Shown here: positions 1 to 11,331 of the stretch, piece after piece
Position numbering within the stretch: position 1 is the stretch's first letter
Layout: every line of letters starts with the position of its first letter
NCBI GenBank assembly: GCA_024704765.1
Contig: JAKMXF010000188.1
Span: 429,015 to 493,014 of the forward strand
Source: Oopsacas minuta
Lineage: Eukaryota; Animalia; Porifera
Direction: 5' to 3'
Length of the DNA: 64,000 nt
The notes under the pieces: generated by a model
Seen by the model: the letters and a program-made list of their open reading frames with translations, nothing else
What the model was told of the DNA's origin: nothing
Database searches by the model: none
Program-made: the position numbers and the translations under genes

Positions 1-120
1 GTGAATTTTCCATAATTTCATAATTCGCGAAGAAATTTTCTAAGAGAAACTCTTATGTGGTTTATTTCATTCATTGATAAATTAAAGCAATTTGAAAATT
101 CTTCGCGGAATAATCAAAGT

Positions 121-281
121 AGGTATAGTCACTAATACAGGGTAAGTCCCCACTCCAATCAAGCCAGGAGTGCCTGAAATGACCTAGAAAAGCATCCAAG
201 CAGGTATAGCCACTAATATACGTAAGGTAAATCCTGATGCCAACAAAGCCAGGATCTAGGAGTACCTCAAAATGACCTAGA
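121..281. repeat. Degenerate tandem duplication (two ~70-80 bp copies)
   Basis: AGGTATAG(T/C)CACTAATA...AAGCCAGGA...GTRCCT...AAATGACCTAGA occurs at ~121-190 and again at ~201-281. Confidence 0.7.
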
Positions 282-358
282 TCGACGAATCTTTTGGCGA
301 TGGATTTCTATGCGACAAAATTTTCGATGACAAATTAATTATAAAATTTCGCATACGG

Positions 359-458
359 CCCTGTACGTCATACTGTACACTAGAAAAAACCCTGTACGTG
401 CATACTGTACACTAGAATAAACCCAGTACGTACATACTGTACACTAGAATAAACCCTG
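359..458. repeat. Minisatellite, 3 x 31-32 bp
   Basis: Unit CCC(T/A)GTACGT(N)CATACTGTACACTAGAA(A/T)AAA starts at 359, 390 and 422, with a partial fourth copy at 454. Confidence 0.9.
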
Positions 459-520
459 AATATATTAATTTCACCTTTTATTTATACTATTAATAATATA
501 TCCACATATTGCATAAGCAG

Positions 521-1440
521 ATAGTGGTGTGGCTACTTGTGAGGGGCTAGTCAATATATTGGGAGGAGAGCTGATTGATAACAAATTCAAATCTGTACAG
601 TTGAGTAAGCTGCTGGACCAGGGATATACATCTGCTGGTCCTCTATTCGCAGGAAAATGGTGTTCTTCTCAGCTATTCGTACCCGCTTTTATAAATTGGT
701 ATTAAAGATATTCTCATAGTCTATGTCAGCTACGATATGAAAACGAAATAACTCATTCTAGCTGATGCCCTGGTACGCCCTACCTTACCAACTACGTGAC
801 AAGAAGCAATATTTATCTCAGAAATACCGCGTGTCTCAGATACCACGCCTGATCTACCAGGATACCTGTGATGAAATGATAAACAAGAACGGACGAGTAG
901 CAATGTTTGTAGACCCAGCAGGACATCTACTCTCATGTGAGAAATTGGAATGGCAAGTCGTGTAGCTTACTTACTCTACTAAATATCTGAATCTGGAGTC
1001 TTGAAGGACACCTAGTATCTGAGCAATATTAAACTTTGCTTGTACATCGCTGCTCTCTGGTACTCTCCATACGCTAAGATTACAGAAGCTCTGATTTAAA
1101 ATATACAACAGTATAAAACATAAGCACCAGGATTTCGAAATTATCTTCTGCAGTTGTGACTATAGCTACTTTGCTTTTCTAGAAACTACAAACCCTTCTT
1201 TGATTATAAAGATACATTCGCAGAGATAGAGAAACTGGTGGCTCTTCCTACACAGTTCTCAACACTTTCCAAGATAGATGTTCCTTTCAATGCTACCTAC
1301 AATAAGGTGCTTTAATCTCAAATTCTCCCCTCTGAAGTTATATCGAATTTCATACGTGAATTTGAAGATGGAGACCTGGTACCCACACCTATACCTTACG
1401 TAGTTACAACATCAAATAGTGATAGCACTAAACAGCAGCA
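521..1440 (+). pseudogene. NXN: Nucleoredoxin-like pseudogene (tandem thioredoxin-like domains; stops, frameshifts, deletions)
   Basis: Fragments in shifting frames read GLVNILGGELIDNKFKSVQLSKL..FAGKWCSS, DILIVYVSYD, MPWYALPYQLRDKKQYLSQKYRVSQIPRLI..NKNGRVAMFVDPAG, LCLYIAALWYSPY, FEIIFCSCDYS and EVISNFIREFEDGDLVPTPI. They follow nucleoredoxin motifs in order (MPWLALPY..KYRISNIPSLI, VYFSAHWCPPC, FEIIFVSAD, FVNDFLAEKLKPEPI). Confidence 0.8.
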
Positions 1441-1667
1441 AGTCAAGTTATATTTATATGTACTTTCTTCTGTGTATATTTACACATATTCTGGAATAGC
1501 TTGGACTATAGTGCTCTGTATATATTGCTACTGTTTGTTATTTTGAACTGGTCAACTTGGTAAATTAGTGAATTATGAAATACTAGCGGGCTTCGGTTGC
1601 TAGGTCGTTGCGCGACGGGCGAAAATATCCTTGAGCTTTATCTTTTGGCTAAAGTATGAAACAACTA

Positions 1668-3021
1668 CAGTATGTCCCGAAAGTTTTTTCCTATTAGATA
1701 AATACCTATATAATTAGTGTTACGTGTCATAGGCGTTTAATTACTTTCCGATATAACCTCCTTTCAAATCTACACATTTTCTCATTCTTGCTGGCATCCC
1801 ATCTATCAATTTTCGAAGTAAGTCCGGATTGATATTAGACCACACTGTTTTGAGGTTTTTTTCCAGCATTTCTAGATTTGTCGCTGATGGCATCTCTGAC
1901 AAGCTCTGTTTAACAACAGCCCACAAATTCTCAATCGGAGAAAGATCAGGCGAGTTGCCTGGCCATATTTCTTTTCCCCAACAACCAACAAGATTCAATT
2001 GACACCATTCCTGGCTCAATTTCGATGTGTGAGCGGGGCCTCCATCTTGTTGAAAGATTGATTTTGACATGTTTTCACAAAATCTCCTCTGCAAAACCGT
2101 ACCTCTCAATCGCCTACGAGCAAAGGCAGCTTTACATGGCCCAGTTAGTATGTTATCTACAATATATTTTGCATTTACAGTGCATTTCTGAGGAAGAATG
2201 TGCAGTTCCGACACAGCATTAGCCGACATAGCGGCCCATACCATCAATTTTGGAGGAAATTTCAAAGTCAAGATTGGAGGAATATTTCTAGCACTGGAGT
2301 CCCAAACCCGGTCTGTTTGTCTATTTGAAGGTGCGAAAAGATGAAAGGGAGATTCGTCGGAGAAAATTACATTTGCCCACTCCTTAGATGACCAATTGAG
2401 TCTTTTTTTACAGAATGTTAGTCGATGAACCAATTTTTTTTCTGTCAATCTCGGATTTCGGGGCCGTTTGAAACATTTGAGACCTAGGCTTTCCTTCAAA
2501 TAGCGATCTACTGCCGTCTTCGAAGTCTGATGGCCACGAGCTGTTAATCTTTCCGCCAATTTTCGGGTTGACTGGTGTCTTTTCCCGATAGATTTAGCAA
2601 TGACTATTTGGCCACTCTTGTTAGTGAAGAGGGCCTTCCAGATCTGTGTTTGTCTTCGAGACTTTTACCGCGCTTCTTCCGCTTCCACCAGTTATTGACG
2701 GTCTTAATTGACTATCCGAGGTGTCTAGCAACATTCTTCTGTGAAATTCCAGCTTCTAACATTGCTATTGCCTTCGAACGTAGGATAATTGCTCTGGGAT
2801 TCCCAAAATTCGACATCTAATTTCCAGGATAAAAAGAAATTTGTAATTACAAAATAATTCGAGAAGAATATAATGCCTTTGGGAAAAATGATAAGCCACC
2901 CTTCTCTAAATACACATATCAATCATAAAAATAATGTATATCTTAGTTAGTGAGATTATTTGAACTAAGGGTCTATGATATAATATGTAATGCAATAGGA
3001 AGAAACTTTTGGGACATACTG
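1668..3021 (-). mobile_element. Tc1/mariner (IS630-Tc1-mariner, DD37E type) DNA transposon, 1354 bp
   Basis: 28-bp TIRs CAGTATGTCCC(G/A)AAAGTTT(T/C)TTCCTATT at 1668-1695 and 2994-3021 (2 mismatches), flanked by TA at 1666-67 and 3022-23. Confidence 0.95.
1741..2816 (-). pseudogene. DD37E transposase, disrupted
   Basis: ATG at 2816 opens an HTH region (LEAGISQKNVARHLG..TVNNWWKR..RSGRP). There is an in-frame TAG at 2714-2712 and a 1-nt frameshift near 2608. The catalytic motifs FSDES, FQQDGGPAH and WPGNSPDLSPIENLW have 37 residues between the second D and the E. Confidence 0.9.
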
Positions 3022-3720
3022 TACATTTGTCAGTGCTTTAGGGACTTTACGCGACGGGATATACTCAGCACTAAGTGCCTCAAGATAATTTTTTCGGAAA
3101 TTTTCTGTTATCCATGGTTCATCTAAATTCCGTTAATGGCCTTCTGTGGTAATACTGAAGCTCTTTCGTGGTTTTGGTTAGTAATTTCGGCACTTCGTAC
3201 CTCGTGTATCAAGGGATTCTAAAACTTCTCGAAATTTGGAAATTTTAATTTTTGTACAGTCATGATGAGGTGTAATAATTTCATGATGAGTTTGCAATCG
3301 TTCAAAGTGATGACGTCAGGAAATGAGGCGTATTGTGGAGTACCTGTGAATCATATATCAACCATCATTTAAGTTGGCTGAGTAGTGGCCAAATAAGTGA
3401 TTTTAGGAATTCCAAAAAGGTGACAATTACGTCATATGTGTGAATATTCGTTCAAGACTTGAAATTGTCCGAGCCAGCCCCAAAAGACCACTACATGCCA
3501 AACTTCAGCTTTGTGGCTCTTACAGGTTCTTCAATCAATTCCGAACATACCAACATATACACATATATACACATATAGTCAAAACTTCTTAATGATTTTT
3601 AACATATTGTATTAACTCGAGTAATCCCCCCACTGAGCAGTTATTTAAAAAATAATGACTGCTTAAATTACATCGTAGTTTCCCCTTAATTTGATTTATT
3701 TACTGTTTTTAAGGATAAAA

Positions 3721-3875
3721 TACACATAATATAACCAGATAAGTATGATTATACACATAATATAACCAGATAAGTATGATTATACACATAATATAACCAG
3801 ATAAGTATGATTATACACATAATATAACCAGATAAGTATGATTATACACATAATATAACCAGATAAGTACGATTA
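3721..3875. repeat. Minisatellite, 5 x 31 bp, near-perfect
   Basis: TACACATAATATAACCAGATAAGTATGATTA starts at 3721, 3752, 3783, 3814 and 3845. Only the last copy has a T>C change. Confidence 0.97.
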
Positions 3876-4400
3876 TATCGTGTTTACAAAAATCGAAACT
3901 TGCCTCTCATGGAGGTTCGAAATGAATAATCACCCCGGCTATGAGGTAATACGGTATTTGTGGTTTAAAATTTTGCTGCATCATCATAGCCTAATCATAT
4001 ATTCACAGTCGAATAAGTCGCGAATGAGAACAGAAGGAAATACACTCATGACGGATGGTATGTTAAATTCAAATGAACTTACAAAATGGGAATGATATCA
4101 CTTTGTTGAGGTAATAATGATGCAACAAAATAAGAAATCACAATCTTTGATTTCTATTTTAGCAACATGAAATATTAATAAGAGAACTACTATGACACAG
4201 TGCAATTCACTTAACTCCAACATCAACCTGACAATATATGAGGGTATCAGCAGTCAGTGCTAAATGTGTATGGAGGATTGGAAGAAGCATACTCCCAACC
4301 CGTCTGTGAGGGGTTTTTATCTACTATCACTTACGTATGGCCTACAACGCGGTTTACTAGTGCTTGAAGCATAATAGGTGATTAGGATGGGATAGTTTAT

Positions 4401-7400
4401 CTACTTATAGATTAAGGTGCCGAAGATGAGCGGGCTGTAGTGTATCCCTGCCCTATTGCTATTGGGTGTTATGAACTGGACCTTTTCTGACCTTGGAGAG
4501 ATTTTGAGCCTCTGGCGCGACCCATTATTTGAGGACAACTCATCAAGGAATATCGTTTGCAATACATACAAAAATTATAAACTTGCCTTACTAATGTGAT
4601 GAATCCTCCTGGCATGAATCTTCCAGTCAACATGAATCTGTACCCCATAATCAGAGCGACCAAAATTGCTAGAACTATGGGATGGAAAAATAATTACATT
4701 CACATCGTCATTGTACTAGTATGACCTCTAATTAATATACAGATCAACAGAGCTAGCCATTGACACTGTATAATAATTAACAATTTACGCTTTTGGTACT
4801 TGAATGAATTCAAGAATTGCATGCATTCGCATATGCTAATTCAAGATCTTGCCATGGTTAATCACACATTGGTAAGTGATAACAATCAATGTAATATCTA
4901 GATAATAAGATTAGTCAAAACATACCATTTGTATAAATATTGCTAAAAAGGGAGTGGAAATAAGTAAATTCTACTACATGTCAATACACTGAAATATATT
5001 AGCTATCTCATATTGCAAACCGTAAAATTTACGCTCACTTCGCTCGCATTTACACAATATCATTTCATATCATCCTAATCTCTGTTGTTTACCTGGAATT
5101 CATCTACGGATGGAAAAATGTGAACTGTAGTTGTGGGTATGTATGTATAATTAGTTACACAAGGGTTGTATGGGAATGGGAATCGTAGTTATTCTATGGG
5201 AATTTGTAGAGGATTCGTTTCCCATTCCCATTCTTATGTTGATAGGATGTCAGGGTTGCCATGGGAATGGGAATTAAAAACATGGGAATTCCAATATGGG
5301 AATTGAAATTCCTTTCCCACGGCAACCCTGAGTCAATTACAGTAGAAAATCGTTAGGACGCAGAAAAGCGGGCCTTATAAATTTATATTTCTTATCCGAG
5401 TTCGTATTACCGGAGCAATATCAATTGAAGAACCATTGTAAGGACCTGATTCTGTAAATATTACTCCTGGCCATGCCATTGATCCAGAGAGCCAGGAACT
5501 AAGCTCAAGCATTACTTTTATGCCAGTGATATTTTGGTGGCACACTTGGCTAGGGTATGAATCAAACCGATTGAGAACCACTGCATTAATAGTTACTAGT
5601 GAACCATAGCACTATTTTATAACACTTTTAGTTTGAATATGTTACAACTACTCAGTACAGCGAGTCTATTTCCGATTGCACCAATTTTTGAATTTTCGTA
5701 AATGATACGGGAAATTCCATTAGCCATGAGAATAATGAATTGCCATTCGAAGGAAATATGATACTTTAATTAATAAAATACGTGCCTTTACAAGGTAGTA
5801 GGAAGCCCATGGAAAGTGGAGTGGCTATGCTGACTCATGGCCCATATAACTAACATTTTTCATACAAAAAGTTGGGCGGCCAAGGCCGCCCCGCTTGCGA
5901 TACCTCTGCTTGATCAGTGAATCATATTGTGTATTGAAATTGAAGCTTCAATTTTAACGCCCCTATTGTTAGATACAAATCCAAAAACTTGACGCCTGTG
6001 CTGACTGGGACACACAGGTAAGAATTTAACATAATGCAAAGAGTTCCCAGTGAATAGACATTGGATAATACATCATCCGAATGAGGTATATTTCTGTGAT
6101 TAGCCATGATATGTTGTTACTAGAGAATTTGAAAAATGACCTTAACAATTATAACTTGATTAAATACCATAATTGACACATTAAATAAATAACTTGCAAT
6201 TATAGAAGAAATTTCTGGCAAAAACAGAGGATGACATGATGTATATGTACGAAAAACGTGAAATAGTTACAAGAAAATATTAGCCTTCGGGGGCCGATCC
6301 CGTAAAAATCTTGTATAATAATTAAAGATCTTTTAGAGGGTCAATAAGTGTATAACTAGACTCAACTCGCCTAGCTGCGTAGAACGAGGGGTCACGCGAT
6401 AGGGTTGGGAAATATGGTCAAGTGACCAATCGAATTGCTAGAAATTTGATGTTGAGTACGAATCTCGTGGTTAAAAGTTGATTCGATGTGATTTGAAGGG
6501 TTTAAGGCTGGGGGGGTGTAGCGGCGATTAGCTGACAGCTTCTATTTAAAAAATGCCAGAAAATCAATGTTCTGCAATGTTGAATTGTGTTGACTAAGTA
6601 GTGGGGCAGTATTAAAATGGTTGTCTATATTTGTCTTTTTTCTTTAACCGTAGACGGTGCACTGCCAAAACCATAATTGATTAAGGGCTTATTCTTTCAG
6701 GATACATGGACAATTACTGTACCGTGTGCACTGAGGGTTATGATTTTATATCTGACACCCTGTGCCACCTTTGTGTCACTTTATAATTTTCCCATAGGAT
6801 TGTATTAGTTTTTGGCTAATATTATACTAGCAGGAGCTGATATACAATATACAGTGATATTAATAGATTTCAACAAACTTAGAATATGTTTGCTAGATCA
6901 GTGGTTCTTAACCTTTTCGCACTATTTCCCCCTTCGTAATAAACAATTTTGAAATTTCCTTCTAATCGTAAAAAGACCAGTGGTAAAAAAGTATTGTTTT
7001 ACTACAGATAACTCGCTAACCGAGTATTAGAAATTTATTGTGTTGATATTTGTCACTGAAACTGGACTCATTGATAGATTCAATTTCAAAAACAGGAAAA
7101 CTACCGGAGGAACGGTAGTTTTCCTCATTTTTGAGAAGACTAGCGCGTACGCGGTTACCGGATTTATATATACTAGCGCACTTCGCTTGCTAGGTCGCTG
7201 CGCGACAGCTTAGTGCTCCAGGTTGCTTAAGTATTAGACAACTAAATTTTATAGTGTTATTCGCCGATACGCAACAGAGTATACTCGGCACTACGTACCA
7301 TGAATTCACAGAATAGTTAAAAATTTAAGATTTATTATCCATGGTCCATCCAAATTACATTCAATGGCCTGGGGGAGCGTCGTTAGTTCTAATTCTTATT

Positions 7401-9727
7401 TGTAAATGTTAGTCCTACCTTTAAAATTGCGATTTTATCATTTTTCATAAGTAGACGTTAGTCCTACTCTTTTCAGGAATAGACGTTACTAGCATTGTTT
7501 CACAGTTATGACAACCGAGAATAAAAGCATTTAATTACACTAATTGGATACCAGTGATGGATTTTCATAACATTAGCGTTGGATCTTGGCCCTGAGAGTT
7601 GGATGGAAGTTTCCCTGACGTCCCTACGTTTGCCAAGTGTCTATATAACTCCTCAAGAGGTGATTGAATTGGAATTTACTTGGATTATCTAATTAGATTG
7701 CATTTAGCCGAGAATATGAGCAAAAACATTAGCTATCAAATGTTAAACATTAATGGGCAAAATCAAACGAATGTAATACATTGTACATGTAGGACTAACG
7801 TCTACAAAGTGAGGAGAAACAGAAAATAATGATAAATTCACAGTTAAGACTACGCCTACATATGGATTAGGACTAACGCATGCGCCCCAATGGCCTCTGT
7901 GGTGACACTGGAGATGCTATGTCAGTTTCGAAATTTGGATGTTTTTGTACAGATGATCGCGTAATAATCCCATGGTGAGTTAGCTTTTATTCAGAATCAT
8001 GACGTCGGGATAGTTGTTACATTGAGGGGTACCTGTGATTCAATTTTCAAACTTTTATCTTGTATATTAGCTGAGCAGTGGTTAAAAATGTGATTTTTCG
8101 AAAATCCAAAAAGGTGACAATGACGTCATCATTTCGTCTTAGGTGTGAATTTTCGTCCAAGACTAGAATTTGTCCGAGCCAGGTCCAAAGTACCCCTATA
8201 TGCCAAAAATCAGCCCTATGGGTATTCCAGTTTCTTCAATCAATTCTGGACATACGAACATATAAATATCTATATACACACATATACAGATTAACGTTTT
8301 AATAGTATAGCTGAAGTTGTGATGTGATGAAATATTGGACTTTAGATTCGGTATCAGCCTGGCCAAATAAGTATAGAACAGCTAAACGTCATAACCTTCA
8401 GCATAGTATTTTAAAGTTGCATTATTAATAATAGGCACAATGTGTATTAGGGTAAATTTACCCTTTTATAGTACTTCTACTAAATAGTGCCACATTAATA
8501 AATTCAATTAAAAATCCTTTGCTGCCGACACAGATTGTAACTTCCGATTATTAGTCTCAAAGGATATAGTAAAGCATAATCAAACCCACACAACCATAAC
8601 AATATCCATGAGGAAGTAAGTAATGAATTCAAAATTCCAAGATGGAATGATGTAGATATAGCACAGCAAAAATACTTTAGATAGTGCCCAAATTTTACGG
8701 AGGCTCAAAGTTCTGCAGGGGCCCCCTCCCCCCTGGCCACAGGCCTGCCACTAATATGACAAATACCCGAACATAGTTTCGGAAAAAATGCTCAACATCG
8801 TATAATTTCGAAAACTCGACTTATCTAACCGTATAATATGGTATGACAAAGGTGGCGTGAACAAGATAATAATCAAGAATAAACATACTGAAAATGTGTT
8901 GAATTGTGGATATTACTAGATGTACATATAGTTTAACTTACCGATAGATATCGTAGCATCCTTTTTGTTTAAACTTGTCTGATAACCTCCATACAATATT
9001 AACAAACCAAAGCTAACTCCAACAAGAAGAGAGGGCAGACTATCTGAAATAAAAAAGTAAGACAAATTCATAATAGGGGATGTTCAAAAGTCGCGCATTG
9101 CAATCCAAGGGGAGGGAAGTGGTATGTAATGTGTGACAGCCCTATTCTTTTGTATTTTTAAACGTTCAAAAAGCGTGACATAGGGAGGGGGGTCAAAATC
9201 TAGGGAATTTTGCGTTATGCAACGTTTGAACGACCCATATTATAACACAAATAATCTGTATACCGTATTACCGCGAATAATGCCCCTATTACTGATTAAA
9301 GTGGATCGTCATTTGCCCTTTAAAATAAATGTAATAATTTGAAATGGTTAGAATGGATGATATTAATTGATTTAATTACATAAAAAATAATAGACTCTTG
9401 CTCTCTCTCTCTGCCACAGAATTGTAACCAAGGGCGAATCCAGTACTAGAAGTGAGATACGCATGCTGGAGCGGAACTAGAGATGACAGAGCGAGGAAGC
9501 AAGATTGAATAATTGCCTCAATAAAATGGCGATTACAAAAGGGAGATGAGGCAACGACAGAAAAAGCGAGGAGACAGTTGCCTCCTCTGCCTTAATGCTA
9601 GCTACGCTCTAGGTATGTAGCTATATAGGTTGAACTTACGAGATTTAATATATCCGAATATCCCCCCGAAGAGAACTAGTAGTCCGTATATGTAAGATAT
9701 ATAATCTGTATTGTAACCTCCTGACAT
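4401..9727 (-). CDS. TMEM14: TMEM14 family transmembrane protein (~103 aa), 4 exons
   Basis: Exons 9727-9640, 9043-8942, 4674-4587 and 4434-4401 join in frame (phases 1,1,2) to give MSGGYNTDYISYIYGLLVLFGGIFGYIKSHSLPSLLVGVSFGLLILYGGYQTSLNKKDATISIVLAILVALIMGYRFMLTGRFMPGGFITLVSPLIFGTLIYK*. This matches TMEM14 motifs (GGIIGYVK, SxPSL, MGMRF..GKFMPAG). The last exon and the GC donor of intron 3 are less certain. Confidence 0.85.
5251..5330. mobile_element. Very short hAT-like MITE (80 bp)
   Basis: TIRs CAGGGTTGCC(A/G)TGGGAA at both ends with internal GGGAAT repeats. Same family as 12039-12229. No clear TSD. Confidence 0.65.
7173..8310 (-). mobile_element. Non-autonomous Helitron, family A copy 2 (in TMEM14 intron 2; interrupted by a MITE)
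   Basis: CTAG plus a hairpin-like segment at 7173. Colinear with the other family A copies. Ends ...TTTTAATAGTATAG at 8310. Confidence 0.75.
7371..7888. mobile_element. MITE with GG-starting TIRs and an 8-bp TSD (Merlin/IS1016-like)
   Basis: TIRs GGGGGAGCGTCGTTAGTTCTAAT and ATTAGGACTAACGCATGCGCCCC. TSD AATGGCCT at 7363-70 and 7889-96. Subterminal GTTAGTCCTAC repeats. The site is single-copy in Helitron copy 1 (~3136). Confidence 0.8.
9076..9236. mobile_element. Small PIF/Harbinger (Tourist)-like MITE in TMEM14 intron 1
   Basis: Imperfect TIRs GGGGATGTTCAAAAG...GTTTGAACGACCC. TSD ambiguous. Confidence 0.45.
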
Positions 9728-9926
9728 CAAACTGAATCTAACCTAATAGTGGAACAAAGGAATGTAAGAATAATTATAGTGATTAAGAGTAAGTAACTAC
9801 GTGGACCCACGGATAATGTGAGTTACAGGAAAGTAGCCGAGCAAGGAATAAAAAGAGAGGGCAGTTTTATAAATTTCATGAAAGTGAAATTAACCCTCCA
9901 AGTTTGTGAATTAAACATATTTAGAA

Positions 9927-10529
9927 CTAGCCCGCTTCACTCGCAAGGTCGCTACGTGACGGACGGAAGTATCCTTAAGATTTGTCCCTTGTTTTAGCAT
10001 AAGTATGAACAGCTACATTTGTCAGTGCTTTTGGGTAGCTACGCGGAGGGATATACTCAGCACTACGTGCCTCGAGATTAATTTTTGCGGAAATTTTAAT
10101 TTTCGATTATTCATGGCCCAACCAAATCCATTTAAATGCCATCTGTGGTTCTTATATGGCTTTTGGTTGGTAATCTCGGCACTTTGTACCGCGTGTATTA
10201 AGAAATTCAAAACTTCTCGAAATGTAAAAGGTTCAATTTATGCACAGTCATGACGTAAGAATTTCATGATGAGTTTGCAATTGTTTACAGTGATGACGTT
10301 AGGGCATTTGGCATATTGTGGGGAACCTATGGTTCAAATATCAACCATCTATCATGTATATTGGCTGAGCAGTGGTTAATAGTGTGATTTTCAAAAATTC
10401 TAAAAAGTGACACTGACGTCATAATTTCGTCATGGGTGTAAAGTTCGTCCAAGGCTCAAAATAGTTTCTCCAATTCTGAACATACACACACACACACAGA
10501 TAGATAAATTAATTGCGTTTTATAGTAGA
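9927..10529 (-). mobile_element. Non-autonomous Helitron, family A copy 3 (uninterrupted, 603 bp)
   Basis: On the minus strand it starts A^TC (10529) and ends CTAG^T (9927), with a GC-rich subterminal segment and an (AC)n microsatellite near the TC end. No TSD, as expected for Helitrons. Confidence 0.85.
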
Positions 10530-10783
10530 TAAAATATTTGACTTATTGAAATTCTCCTATTTCGCACATGTATTTAGAATCGATTTCTTTCCACATCTTG
10601 ATACCATCTTTTGAAAATTCATTAACGATTATAAGGGTTTAGGTTCACAATGAAAAGGAACATTAAAATCGATGAAATTTAAATGAAATCAGCCCCTATC
10701 CGATTTTTACCTAAAAACCCGCTAATTGGGGCTATTTTTCTTAAATTTGCCTAGAAATTCGCCAAAATTATATTTCATTGTGT

Positions 10784-11114
10784 CAGAGTTGGAATCGGGT
10801 TCGGGTTCGAAGTTGATCAGTCCGAACCTTGTACGTAATTTTTTAATTCAATGATTTAATTCTATTATTTGAAAGATTATATTTACATTAGCAACATCAA
10901 ATAGAACTAGAATGAAATAGCCTCAAAAGGACATATACGGGATCAATATTATTAACCCATAATATTACAAGAACAAACATCAAAAGAAAAACTTGTTTAA
11001 CCAATATTAGCTAAAATGTAAACAAAACATATATTTTAGAGGGATTTCAGTTAATATCCACACTTATTTACACTTCGAGTCGAGTTCTGAAAAGTGGACC
11101 CGATTCCAATTCTG
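10784..11114. mobile_element. hAT-type MITE (331 bp) nested in another repeat
   Basis: TIRs CAGAGTTGGAATCGGGT and ACCCGATTCCAATTCTG. Perfect 8-bp TSD CATTGTGT at 10776-83 and 11115-22. The host repeat copy at ~13440-13750 carries the empty site. Confidence 0.88.
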
Positions 11115-11331
11115 CATTGTGTTAGAATGTTAACAGAAATTTATTGTGGATATTAGTCATAGAAATACGGCTAATCCATAGAATGAATTTCAAAAACTGG
11201 GATACTTATCTGGATTTAATTTGAATGTAATTGAATTTTGAAATTCACCGAATAGGTGAATTTCAATGAAACATTTCGAATTTTTAGTCAACCAGGATTT
11301 TTTCGAATATATTAGCTATAAGTAGAGTTAC

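Larger units (their letters stand above)
1583..3580 (-). mobile_element. Non-autonomous Helitron, family A copy 1 (interrupted by the Tc1/mariner element)
   Basis: CTAG terminus with a GC-rich subterminal hairpin-like segment at 1583-1620. The body is colinear with the copies at 7173-8310 and 9927-10529. It has an (AC/AT)n tail near 3560 and its other terminus is degraded. Confidence 0.75.

Noticed and set aside
3721-3875. CRISPR-like appearance of the 31-bp repeat, and likewise of 359-458 and 18341-18563
   Set aside because: The units are directly adjacent with no unique spacers, no cas genes are present, and the context is eukaryotic.
5375-5581. 68-aa minus-strand ORF with a coding-like look
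   Set aside because: It starts at a hAT-like end (CAGTGGTTCTCAA), lies in TMEM14 intron 2, and I recognise no family, so support is insufficient.
6790-6840. Possible last TMEM14 exon (..ASIILAKN*)
   Set aside because: It lies upstream of exon 3 on the minus strand, so the order is impossible.
8078-10253. ORFs 8078-8302, 10005-10253 and 10022-10210
   Set aside because: They are chance frames in non-autonomous Helitron copies and are not conserved between copies.
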